This document shows, one piece after another, positions 39,011-47,362 of a stretch of 64,000 nt of DNA. The notes below the pieces were generated by a model. It did not search any database, was not told the origin of the DNA, and saw only the letters and a list, made by a program, of their open reading frames with translations. Origin of the DNA: Candidatus Eiseniibacteriota bacterium (lineage in GTDB: Bacteria; Eisenbacteria; RBG-16-71-46; CAVPCR01); contig CAWGMA010000002.1 of NCBI GenBank assembly GCA_963823555.1, positions 512,001 through 576,000 of the forward strand. The letters are read 5' to 3'. The translations under genes and the position numbers were made by a program. How positions within the stretch are numbered: position 1 is the stretch's first letter; each line of letters starts with the position of its first letter.

Positions 39011-40515
39011 GATGCACCTCCGCTCGCATCGGCGTCGGCCGTCGCCATGCGGAAGGCGCCGAGGCGGCGCCACGGCGAATAGCGATCACCGAGCCCATCG
39101 GTTCCGGTCGAGTCGCTGGCGGCACCGCCGTCGCTCGCCGCGAGCGTGCGCATGGCCTCGCGCGCGGCGGCCGTGACCTCCTCGGGCACCTCGGGGGCGG
39201 GCCAGCTCCGTTTCTCGATCGTCGTCGTGAAGGTCTCGCCCTGGATGAAGAAGTCCGAGGTCAGGATGTCGAGAAGGAAGGACTGGTTGGTGGCGAGCCC
39301 GAGGAGCACGGTCTCGCGAAGCGCCGTCACCATGCGGAGGCGGGCCGCCTCCCGATCCTCGCCCCAGGTGATGAGCTTGGCGATGATGGGATCGTAGAAC
39401 GGGAGGATGTCCTGCCCCTCGCGGATCCCGGTGTCGATGCGGACGTGCGGGCGGAGCGGCCACTCGAGCATCAAGATTTTCCCGGTCGCAGGCAAGAATT
39501 CGCGGTAGGGGTCCTCGGCGTAGAGCCGCGCCTCGATGGCGTGGCCACGCGGCGCGGGCGGCTCGGGGAGTGCGCCGCCGCGGGCGACCTCGACCTGGGC
39601 ACGCACGAGATCGACGCCGGTGCGGAGCTCGGTCACCGGGTGCTCCACCTGGAGCCGGGTGTTGACCTCGAGGAAGTAGTAGTCCTCGTCGGGGCCGACC
39701 AGGAACTCGACCGTGCCCGCGCTCTCGTACTGGACGGCGCGGGCGAGGGCCACCGCCGAGTCGCAGAGCGCGCGCCGGGTCCGCTCGCTGATGGCGGTCG
39801 AGGGCGATTCTTCGATGATCTTCTGGTAGCGGCGCTGGAGGCTGCACTCGCGTTCCCCGAGGGCGATCGCGTCGTTGCCGTCGCCGAGGATCTGCACCTC
39901 GACGTGGCGCGCCGGGTGAACGTAGCGCTCGACGAGGAGCCGGTCGTCGGCGAAGGCGGCGAGCGATTCGCGCTTGGCGCCGGCGAAGGCCTCGGCGAGC
40001 TCGCCCTCGCTCTGGACGAGCCGCATGCCCTTGCCGCCGCCGCCGCCGGCGGCCTTCAAGAGGATCGGATACCCGACGCGCTCGGCGGCGTGGCGGGCGT
40101 CATCGAGCGAGTCGCACTCCTTGGCTCCGGGGATCACGGGGACGCCCGCGGCCTCGGCCGTCGTGCGCGCGGCGCGCTTCTCGCCGAGGGCGAGCATCGA
40201 TTCGGCCGAGGGTCCGATGAATCGGATCCTGGCCTCGCGGCAGGCGCGGGCGAAGGCCGCGTTCTGGGAGAGGAAACCGTATCCGGGATGGATCGCCGTG
40301 GCGCCGGTCGTGCGCGCCGCGTCGAGGATCAGGTCGGGCTTCAGGTAGCTGTCGGTGGCGCCGAGAGCCACCGCTTCACCGGCGAGCCAGACATGCGGGG
40401 AGTCGCGATCGACGTCGGTATAGACCGCCACCGACGGGATTCCCATCTCGTTCAAGGTGTGGAGGATACGGCAGGCGATCTCGCCCCGGTTGGCCACGAG
40501 GACTTTCATAGACAT
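39007..40515 (-). CDS. Biotin carboxylase (acyl-CoA carboxylase alpha subunit, probably methylcrotonyl-CoA carboxylase)
   Basis: KVLVANRGEIA, HPGYGFLSQN, GGGGKGMR, ERECSLQRRYQK, EVNTRLQVEHPVTE, YDPIIAKL; clustered with HMG-CoA lyase. Confidence 0.92.
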   Translation of the reverse strand: MSMKVLVANRGEIACRILHTLNEMGIPSVAVYTDVDRDSPHVWLAGEAVALGATDSYLKPDLILDAARTTGATAIHPGYGFLSQNAAFARACREARIRFIGPSAESMLALGEKRAARTTAEAAGVPVIPGAKECDSLDDARHAAERVGYPILLKAAGGGGGKGMRLVQSEGELAEAFAGAKRESLAAFADDRLLVERYVHPARHVEVQILGDGNDAIALGERECSLQRRYQKIIEESPSTAISERTRRALCDSAVALARAVQYESAGTVEFLVGPDEDYYFLEVNTRLQVEHPVTELRTGVDLVRAQVEVARGGALPEPPAPRGHAIEARLYAEDPYREFLPATGKILMLEWPLRPHVRIDTGIREGQDILPFYDPIIAKLITWGEDREAARLRMVTALRETVLLGLATNQSFLLDILTSDFFIQGETFTTTIEKRSWPAPEVPEEVTAAAREAMRTLAASDGGAASDSTGTDGLGDRYSPWRRLGAFRMATADADASGGAS

Positions 40516-40624
40516 ATGAAGGTACGCGGGCCGGCGGGGGATGGCAACTTGGGAATGGTGGACTGCTCGGGGCAGCGGCGGGATGTCCCTCCGCTGCCCG
40601 AATGTTTCCGCTGGAACGGGAACC

Positions 40625-42775
40625 TCACTCGAGGAGGACGATCCGCAGGCTCTCCACCTGATCCCCGACGTGGAGCCGGCCGAAGTAGATCCCGGAGGGC
40701 AGTCGCTGGCCGCCGTCGTTCCTTCCATCCCAGCGCACCGCATGGACGCCCGGCTGCCGCGATTCGTTCAGGAGACGGCGAACGAGACGACCGTCGGCGC
40801 CGTAGATGTCGAACTTGACGAGAGCTTGATTGCCGGTCGTATCGAGGTCGTAACGGATCTCGGCCGACTCGCGGAACGGGTTCGGAACGCTGGGGCCGAG
40901 GAAGTGGCTCCGAGCCGCATCGACAGATTGTGGGTTGCTGGCAAGTGGAGCGCAGCCGATGGGAAGCGCCCCGACGAGGCCGCAGCCGGGGGCATTCGCG
41001 CATGACGAACCCTCGGCGAGGTGAAAGTTGACGTTGTCGGGATCGCAGAAGAGCGGCGCGTAGGAGAAGTTGCCGTTCACGCCGTTCTGCCCGGCGGCGC
41101 AGTCGATCCAGTCGCCGCCCAGGTTGCCGAAGATGTCCGAGCAGGAAAGCGTCAGGCTGCTCGTCGAATCACAGAGGACCGACCCGCCCGCGGTGCTGTA
41201 GGAGACGATGCATCGATCGAGCGCCGTGGTCGCCTCGGAGGTGCTCGCCACTCCGCCCCCGCCGAGGGTGGCCGCGTTGCCGTAGAAGGTGCAGGACTCG
41301 ATCGTCGGGTTCGATCGGATGTAGCTGGCGATTCCCCCTCCGGTCTCCTGGCTCGTGTTGTGGGCGAAGATGCTGAGCGTGATCGTGGCCCACGAACGAT
41401 AGCAGGAGAGGCCGCCACCAGGACCTGCGGTCGTGTTCCCCTCGAACAGGCAGTTGCGGACGGTCGGATCCCGGAAGCTCACGTTCATGCCGCCGCCGTT
41501 CGAGGTGGCGTGATTGCCGCGGAAGGTGCAGCCCTCGACCAGTCCTCCCGAGTCGCCGAAGGAGAGCCCCCCGCCCCGCATTCCCGAGTTGTTCTCGAAG
41601 ATCGAGCTCGTCACCTCGATGGGAGAGCTGCCGATGTGGGACCCGCCCCCCGGCCCGCCGGCGGTGTTGGCGGTGAACGTGCAGCCGTCGACAGTACCGA
41701 CGCAATTGTTGGCGTTCAGGCCACCGCCGCCGCCATTGGTGGCATCACAGTCCGTGAAGGAGCATCCGACCAGGGCCAAACCCGAGAGGTTGAAGTTGAT
41801 CCCGCCTCCCTGGGTAGCGGAGTTTCCCGTGAAGGTGCAGTTCTCCAAGTATGTGTTCGATTCGAAGAGTTCAGCACCGCCTCCTCCAGCGTATGACGAT
41901 TGATTGCTCTCGAACAAGCAATTGGTGATATCACCGGAAGACAGCGACCAGTGTATCCCTCCTCCCGCCGTGTCGGCCTGGCACGCTCGGAAGGTGCAGT
42001 CCTCGAGTGCAGGCACTGAACGGGCGAAGAGGGCGCCACCTCCTGTCGACAATGCCGAATTGGCCTCGAATGCACATCGGGTTAACACTGGATATCCATC
42101 TGCGAACACGGCTCCACCACCACGCAAGGCGGAGTTTCGTTCGAAGACACAGTCGGTCAAGACAGGATTTGACTGTGAGCTGTGGATCCCGCCGCCCGCT
42201 TCAAGGGCATGGTTGTCCGTGAACACGCAGCCAACGAGGATGGGATTCGACGCGTGAGCACTGAAGCCGGCCCCTGCCACGAGGGACTCGTTTTCCTCGA
42301 ACCGGCAGTTGATCAACGTGGGCCCATATTGGCAGAAGCCACAATGCGCCGCTGTCCCGTCGCCGACCGGATCGGTCGAGACATTCCTCCAGAACCTGCA
42401 GTTTTCGACAGTCACCTCAGAGTAGAGGATGTCCAGTGCGTTCCTGGCCGCACCGGTGATCGTGAGTCCCTTGATCAGGCTAGGCTGATCAAGGGACAGG
42501 CACCAGATCCCATTGAAATTGCCGGCGACATCGATCGTGACGCAGTCGGCCTCACCGGTCTCGCTGCGTAGCTCGATCCCCGGTTCCATTCGGATCGAGT
42601 GCTCGTAGTAGGTGCCGCACGCGACAACGACGACATCTCCGGGCAAGGCGGCGTCGATGCCGGTCTGGATCGTCGGATACTGGCTGGGGACGTGGATCGT
42701 CGTGGCCCCGGCAGGAAGCGAAGAGAGAGCTAGCGCCAAGACAGCAAGCGACGAGATGAGCGCCGGTCGGTCCAT
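40625..42775 (-). CDS. Secreted parallel beta-helix repeat protein with FlgD-Ig/T9SS-like CTD
   Basis: AAGGAGG RBS; signal peptide; TIHVPSQYPTIQ; more than 12 'C.F..N.A..GGG' repeats; CGLVGALPIGC; PNPF...IYGADGRLVR...WDGRNDGG..LPSGIYF. Confidence 0.88.
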   Translation of the reverse strand: MDRPALISSLAVLALALSSLPAGATTIHVPSQYPTIQTGIDAALPGDVVVVACGTYYEHSIRMEPGIELRSETGEADCVTIDVAGNFNGIWCLSLDQPSLIKGLTITGAARNALDILYSEVTVENCRFWRNVSTDPVGDGTAAHCGFCQYGPTLINCRFEENESLVAGAGFSAHASNPILVGCVFTDNHALEAGGGIHSSQSNPVLTDCVFERNSALRGGGAVFADGYPVLTRCAFEANSALSTGGGALFARSVPALEDCTFRACQADTAGGGIHWSLSSGDITNCLFESNQSSYAGGGGAELFESNTYLENCTFTGNSATQGGGINFNLSGLALVGCSFTDCDATNGGGGGLNANNCVGTVDGCTFTANTAGGPGGGSHIGSSPIEVTSSIFENNSGMRGGGLSFGDSGGLVEGCTFRGNHATSNGGGMNVSFRDPTVRNCLFEGNTTAGPGGGLSCYRSWATITLSIFAHNTSQETGGGIASYIRSNPTIESCTFYGNAATLGGGGVASTSEATTALDRCIVSYSTAGGSVLCDSTSSLTLSCSDIFGNLGGDWIDCAAGQNGVNGNFSYAPLFCDPDNVNFHLAEGSSCANAPGCGLVGALPIGCAPLASNPQSVDAARSHFLGPSVPNPFRESAEIRYDLDTTGNQALVKFDIYGADGRLVRRLLNESRQPGVHAVRWDGRNDGGQRLPSGIYFGRLHVGDQVESLRIVLLE

Positions 42776-42930
42776 GTGTCCTCCTTGGGACCAGGTGGGA
42801 ATCCGGCCTCGTCGTCGGGCGGCGGGATGGGGTGCGGCGCTCGGCAAGCGAGGGAACTGCTAGCCAATCGGTGATGATCATACGCCACTCCCCGCCGCCT
42901 CCGCAAACGAGAGCGGTGGGGCGGTCGTGG

Positions 42931-43566
42931 TCAATACTGGCTCTTGATGCGGCCCCAGGTGACGGGGGTGACCGGGGCGAGCGGATAGCAGGCATCGTGA
43001 CCGCCGGGACCGACGCAGGCCCGCCCGCGGCTCGATGGCGGAATGGGCGTGACCTCGAAGGTCGGGGAGAGCACGTGCGTACCGTTGGGAAAGGCGGATT
43101 CGATGATCTCGATGCATCCCTGATCGACGGCGTAGAACGTCATCCGGCCGAAGGCCACGAGCGCGCCCCCGGTGACGACCTGGTCGAAGGGAAGCGTGAG
43201 CGAACCACGAACTGGCCCCCACGGCGGTCCTGGTGGCAACTCGTAGAGGGATGTCAAGCAATCCCACAGCCCGAAGCCGAAGGCCCAGGAGTCCGGCACC
43301 TCGAAGGCGCACTGGACGCCCCAGACCGAGTCGTAGTTCCGGAGGAGCACGAGCACGCAGGCGGTCTGCATCCCGGAGAGATCCGTGACCGGGAGCGTCG
43401 ACTCGCAGTCCACCCCGTCGAGATCCGCCTGGTTGCAGGGAGCGAGAACGAGGTCGACCGCGTGGAAGAGGATCGTCGTGTTCTCGTTCGCGGCGAGGGC
43501 CGGGCTCGCGATGAAGAGCGCAGCGAGAGCCACCGAGAGCGCGGCGCTGTGGGAGGTTCGGGTCAT
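42931..43566 (-). CDS. Secreted Cys-rich hypothetical protein with C-terminal TWGxIKxxY tail
   Basis: GGGAG RBS; signal peptide ...ASPALA; ends APVTPVTWGRIKSQY. Confidence 0.8.
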   Translation of the reverse strand: MTRTSHSAALSVALAALFIASPALAANENTTILFHAVDLVLAPCNQADLDGVDCESTLPVTDLSGMQTACVLVLLRNYDSVWGVQCAFEVPDSWAFGFGLWDCLTSLYELPPGPPWGPVRGSLTLPFDQVVTGGALVAFGRMTFYAVDQGCIEIIESAFPNGTHVLSPTFEVTPIPPSSRGRACVGPGGHDACYPLAPVTPVTWGRIKSQY

Positions 43567-43706
43567 GGTGCTTCTCCCGGCGCCGTCGGGCGCCGAATAG
43601 AGCTTACACCCCGGGGCGCCTCGGGCAAGAGCGCTCTCCGGATGGTTTCCGCTGAAACGCGGCTTGCAGGAGCCAGCGCCCCTGGGAGAAGCGCCATGGG
43701 CCCGGG

Positions 43707-43730
43707 TCCGCTATCATATCCGCTATCATA
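43707..43730. repeat. 12-bp perfect tandem duplication TCCGCTATCATA x2 in a divergent intergenic region
   Basis: tccgctatcata tccgctatcata, about 50 nt upstream of the 43781 ORF. Confidence 0.9.
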
Positions 43731-43780
43731 TTCGTTGAGTGTGTGCCTTCGCTGCATGAGATCACAGGTGGGTTGACGGG

Positions 43781-44017
43781 ATGCGAATCGAGATCCTCGG
43801 CGAGATCACAGAGATGGAGACGATAGCGATAGGGCGGCGGATCCGCGAGCTGCCTCGTCTCCGGAGGGTGTACGGTCCGGGGCGCTGGCGCAAGCGGAGA
43901 GGGATTGCTCGAGTCCGGGTTGATGGTGGCCCTGCGTTCGTGGCGGAGGTACACTGGTATGAAGCCTTCGGCATCGGGCGGAAGGAGCTCAAGATCAAAC
44001 GAATTGTGGATCGATGA
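43781..44017 (+). CDS. Small basic conserved hypothetical protein (AExHWYE family), putative toxin
   Basis: 78 aa; GRWRKRRG, AEVHWYEAFGIGRKELKIK; ATGA overlap with next gene. Confidence 0.75.
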   Translation: MRIEILGEITEMETIAIGRRIRELPRLRRVYGPGRWRKRRGIARVRVDGGPAFVAEVHWYEAFGIGRKELKIKRIVDR

Positions 44018-44253
44018 ATATGGCACGACGAGACCAGAAAGCGCACTACGTGGTCTGCCTCTCAAACAGAGGGTTCCGAGCTTCTCTTGTCAGTCGGAGG
44101 ATATACCGCAGTCTGTCCGACCCGGAGGCGGCGAAGCGAAACCTGGTTCGGGTCATCGATGAATCCGGCGAGGATTACCTCTATCCCAGCAGGATGTTCG
44201 TGGCCATCGATGTCCCGGTTGCCGTCGAGAAGAGCTTCCGTAAGGCGAGCTGA
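44014..44253 (+). CDS. Small conserved hypothetical protein (IDESGEDYLYP family), putative antitoxin/immunity
   Basis: 79 aa; YVVCLSN, RVIDESGEDYLYP. Confidence 0.75.
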   Translation: MNMARRDQKAHYVVCLSNRGFRASLVSRRIYRSLSDPEAAKRNLVRVIDESGEDYLYPSRMFVAIDVPVAVEKSFRKAS

Positions 44254-44273
44254 TCTTGGAGCAAGGAGTGTGC

Positions 44274-44756
44274 ATGACCGGCCGGCATCTGCCTGAGTCC
44301 ACGCGGGCCCGAGGTTGGGCCCTTGCCCTCATCGTGGCCACTGGCCTCCTGGCCCTCCTCCCGTCCGTCGCCGCCCGGGCCGCCACGATCCACGTCCCCG
44401 CCGATCGGCCCTCGATCCAGCTCGCGATCGACGCCGCGGTGGCCGGCGACACCGTCCTCGTCGCCCCCGGGACCTATTACGGAGCCGAGAATCAGAACAT
44501 CGACTTCCGCGGGCGCGACATCGTCCTGCGCTCCGAGGCGGGACCCGAGGCGACGATCATCGACTGCGAGAACATCGATCGCGCCTTCTACCTGCGCGCG
44601 GGGGAGACCAACTCGGCGGTCATCGACGGCTTCTCCGTTCTCCGCGGCATGGCCACCTACCTCGACCCCTACGGTGTCGTGGGTGGCGCCGTGGTCTGCG
44701 CCAGCTCCTCACCCACGATCCGTAACATGATCCTGGGGGTTTGCGGCGCGGGGTGA
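44274..44756 (+). CDS. Secreted beta-helix protein, N-terminal part (interrupted by in-frame TGA at 44754-44756)
   Basis: AAGGAG RBS; signal peptide; TIHVPADRPSIQ...GDTVLVAPGTY...GPEATIIDC; same frame continues after the TGA. Confidence 0.75.
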   Translation: MTGRHLPESTRARGWALALIVATGLLALLPSVAARAATIHVPADRPSIQLAIDAAVAGDTVLVAPGTYYGAENQNIDFRGRDIVLRSEAGPEATIIDCENIDRAFYLRAGETNSAVIDGFSVLRGMATYLDPYGVVGGAVVCASSSPTIRNMILGVCGAG

Positions 44757-46202
44757 GCGGGGGCCTGGGATGGCGGTGCCATCGCCCTCTACAACTCGAG
44801 CGCCAGGCTCATCGACTGCCAGATCTCCGGAAATGCCGCGGAGGAGAAGGGCGGCGGCCTCTACTGCGAGGGCGGTGCCGTCGAGCTCGCCGGCTGCCGC
44901 TTTGTCGAGAACGTGGCGGGCGGCAATGTGGGATGGGGCGGGGCTGTCTATGCCGAGTCCTGCGATCTCACCATCACCGACTGCACCTTCGCCGGGAACC
45001 AGGTCGAGAGCTGGAGCTGTGATGGATGCAGCTACGCGGGCGGCGGCGCCATCTACGCCGAGCTCGGGACGGCGAGCCTCACTCGCTGCCTCTTCCTCGA
45101 CAACGCCGCCGTATCCGAGAACATCGGGAGCGGGAACTTCGCCGAGGGGGGTGCTGCCCTGCTCCGGGTCGGCGGCCTCACCCTCACCGAGTGCGTCTTC
45201 CGCGGCAACGAGGCGCGGAGCACCTCCGATCCCCAGCTCTCGGCCTGGGGCAACGAGGCCTACGGCGGCGCCCTGGCCTGCCGCTCCGCCGTTCTCGACA
45301 ACTGCGTCTTCGAGAACAACGGCGTCCTCTGCGATGGCAACCCCGACGGCAACATCGGCGCCGGGGGCGCGCTCCATGCCGCCGATGCGATCGTGACCGG
45401 ATGCCTCTTCATCGATAACGCCGTGGTCGGCGGCGGCAGCCGGCCGGATGGCGCCGTCCGGTCCCTCCGCGCCGAGGATCGCGCCGAGGGCGGCGGCGCC
45501 GCGGTCGCGGGTGGCTCGCGCTTCACGCGCTCGACCTTCAGCCGCAACTCGGCTGCCACGGGGGGCGCTGCGATCCACCTCCGCGACGGCGGCGTGGTGC
45601 TGATCGACAACACGATCGTCGCCTTCTCGCAGACGCCCGCCGCCATCCTCTGCAGCGGGGGCACCCGGCCCGAGCTCACGTGCTCCGATGTCTTCGGCAA
45701 CGCCGGCGGCGACTGGGTGGGCTGCATCGCCGACCAGGCCGGCTCGAGCGGCAACCTGGCCGCCGATCCGCTCTTCTGCCAGCCCGCGATCGGCAACTAC
45801 ACGCTCGACGCCGCCTCTCCCTGCGCCGAGGACAACGCGCCCGCGTCATGCGGTCTCATCGGGGCGCTTGGAGTGGGTTGCGGTGTCGTCGCCGTGCCGG
45901 CCGGGGACTCGCCCGCGGCACCTCGACTCGTGCGCGTCTACCCCAATCCTCTCGATGGCGACGCGGTCCTCGAATGGCGTTCCGATGCAGGCGGCGCGCA
46001 GCACGCGCGGCTCTACGATCTCGCCGGCCGCGTCATCCTGGCCCGGGATCTCGGATCGCGCGCGGCGGGGACGCATCGCCTGGCGTGGAGCGATCTCACT
46101 CGCGGCGTCTCGCTGCCTGCCGGCGTCTACTTCCTCGCGATCGATCCGCCCGGTGGCAGCACCAGCCGCGAGCAGGCGCTGCGCGTGATCGTGACCAGGT
46201 AA
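44757..46202 (+). CDS. Secreted beta-helix protein, C-terminal part with CTD
   Basis: Frame open from 44757 (DGGAIALYNSSARLIDCQISGN...); GGAI repeats; ADPLFC, CGLIGALGVGC, VYPNP...LYDLAGR...LPAGVYFL. Confidence 0.8.
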   Translation, partial: AGAWDGGAIALYNSSARLIDCQISGNAAEEKGGGLYCEGGAVELAGCRFVENVAGGNVGWGGAVYAESCDLTITDCTFAGNQVESWSCDGCSYAGGGAIYAELGTASLTRCLFLDNAAVSENIGSGNFAEGGAALLRVGGLTLTECVFRGNEARSTSDPQLSAWGNEAYGGALACRSAVLDNCVFENNGVLCDGNPDGNIGAGGALHAADAIVTGCLFIDNAVVGGGSRPDGAVRSLRAEDRAEGGGAAVAGGSRFTRSTFSRNSAATGGAAIHLRDGGVVLIDNTIVAFSQTPAAILCSGGTRPELTCSDVFGNAGGDWVGCIADQAGSSGNLAADPLFCQPAIGNYTLDAASPCAEDNAPASCGLIGALGVGCGVVAVPAGDSPAAPRLVRVYPNPLDGDAVLEWRSDAGGAQHARLYDLAGRVILARDLGSRAAGTHRLAWSDLTRGVSLPAGVYFLAIDPPGGSTSREQALRVIVTR

Positions 46203-46215
46203 CGGGAAGGACGCC

Positions 46216-47172
46216 GTGCCCGAGCTCAGCGATCTTCACGTCGTCGTCGGAGCGGGACCGCTAGGTCTCGGCGTTGCGCGCGAGCTGGCTGCGCGCCGGG
46301 TGCGAGTACGTATCGTGAGCCGGAACGGCCGGGCTGTGGTACCGGACGGTGTCGAGATCGGGGCCGCCGATATGACCGATCCCACCGCTGCTCGCACCGC
46401 GTGCTCCGGTGCGACTGTCGTCTACAACTGCACGAATGTCGCTTACAACGAATGGCCGGAGAAGCTGCCGCCCCTGTGGAGCGGGATCACCGAGGGGGCG
46501 GCGGCCAACGGCGCACGCCTCGTCTGCGGCGACAACCTCTATGCGTATGGCCCCGTGGCCGGCGTCCTTCACGAGGCGTTGCCGCCGGCCGCCACCGGAC
46601 GCAAGGGACGGACCCGCGCTCGCCTCGCCGCCGAGGTCATGGCGGCGCATGCCGCCGGACGCGTCCGCGTGACGATCGGGCGTGCACCGGACTTCTACGG
46701 GCCCTGGGTCCGCATCTCCGCCCTGGGCGAACAGGTCTTCACCGCCGCTCTCGCCAGGAAACCGGTCCCGGTCCTCGGGGATCCCGATCTCCCGCATACC
46801 TACATCTACATCCACGACTTTGCCCGCGCGCTCGTCATGCTCGGCGAGAGCGAGCATGCGTACGGAGAGGTGTGGCACGTTCCCAGCGCGCCCACCATCA
46901 CCACGCGGGACCTGGTGGCGCTCGTGGGTGAGGAGCTCGGGCGGAAGCTCTCGCTCCGAGCCGCGCCGGCCTGGATGATCTCGGCGCTCGGGCTCGTCAA
47001 CCCGGTGATGCGCGAGCTCAGGGAGACGGCCTATCAGTTCACCGCCCCCTTCGTCGTCGATCACTCGCGGTTCGAGCGCATCTTCGGGGCCACGGTGACG
47101 CCGCACCGCGAGGCGATCCGGCATACGCTCGAGTGGTACCGGGGGCCGGGGCCCGATCCCCGAGCCCGGTAA
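46216..47172 (+). CDS. NAD-dependent epimerase/dehydratase family protein
   Basis: HVVVGAGPLG, DNLYAYG, KGRTRA, GRAPDFYGP, YGEVWHVP; GAAGGA RBS and GTG start. Confidence 0.88.
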   Translation: MPELSDLHVVVGAGPLGLGVARELAARRVRVRIVSRNGRAVVPDGVEIGAADMTDPTAARTACSGATVVYNCTNVAYNEWPEKLPPLWSGITEGAAANGARLVCGDNLYAYGPVAGVLHEALPPAATGRKGRTRARLAAEVMAAHAAGRVRVTIGRAPDFYGPWVRISALGEQVFTAALARKPVPVLGDPDLPHTYIYIHDFARALVMLGESEHAYGEVWHVPSAPTITTRDLVALVGEELGRKLSLRAAPAWMISALGLVNPVMRELRETAYQFTAPFVVDHSRFERIFGATVTPHREAIRHTLEWYRGPGPDPRAR

Positions 47173-47362
47173 GGGCTTAATATCGAGGCTCCCCGTCCCG
47201 ATAACTCATGCTGCGGGCCCGGGCTCGGCGGTGGTAGGCTCTTCGCGTTCGGCTTCCCTTGCCCCGCCACCCGCGGTTGTCCCGGCTCCTGCCGGGACCG
47301 TATCCCCCCGTGCCGCCGAACCTTGCGGCGCCCAGGTGCCGGGGCTCAAGAACCAGATCACG

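Noticed and set aside
44754..44756. Selenocysteine or alternative genetic code to explain the in-frame TGAs at 44754 and 9525
   Set aside because: TGA is the normal stop for many genes in this window, neither site is in a redox motif, and the assembly shows many other errors.
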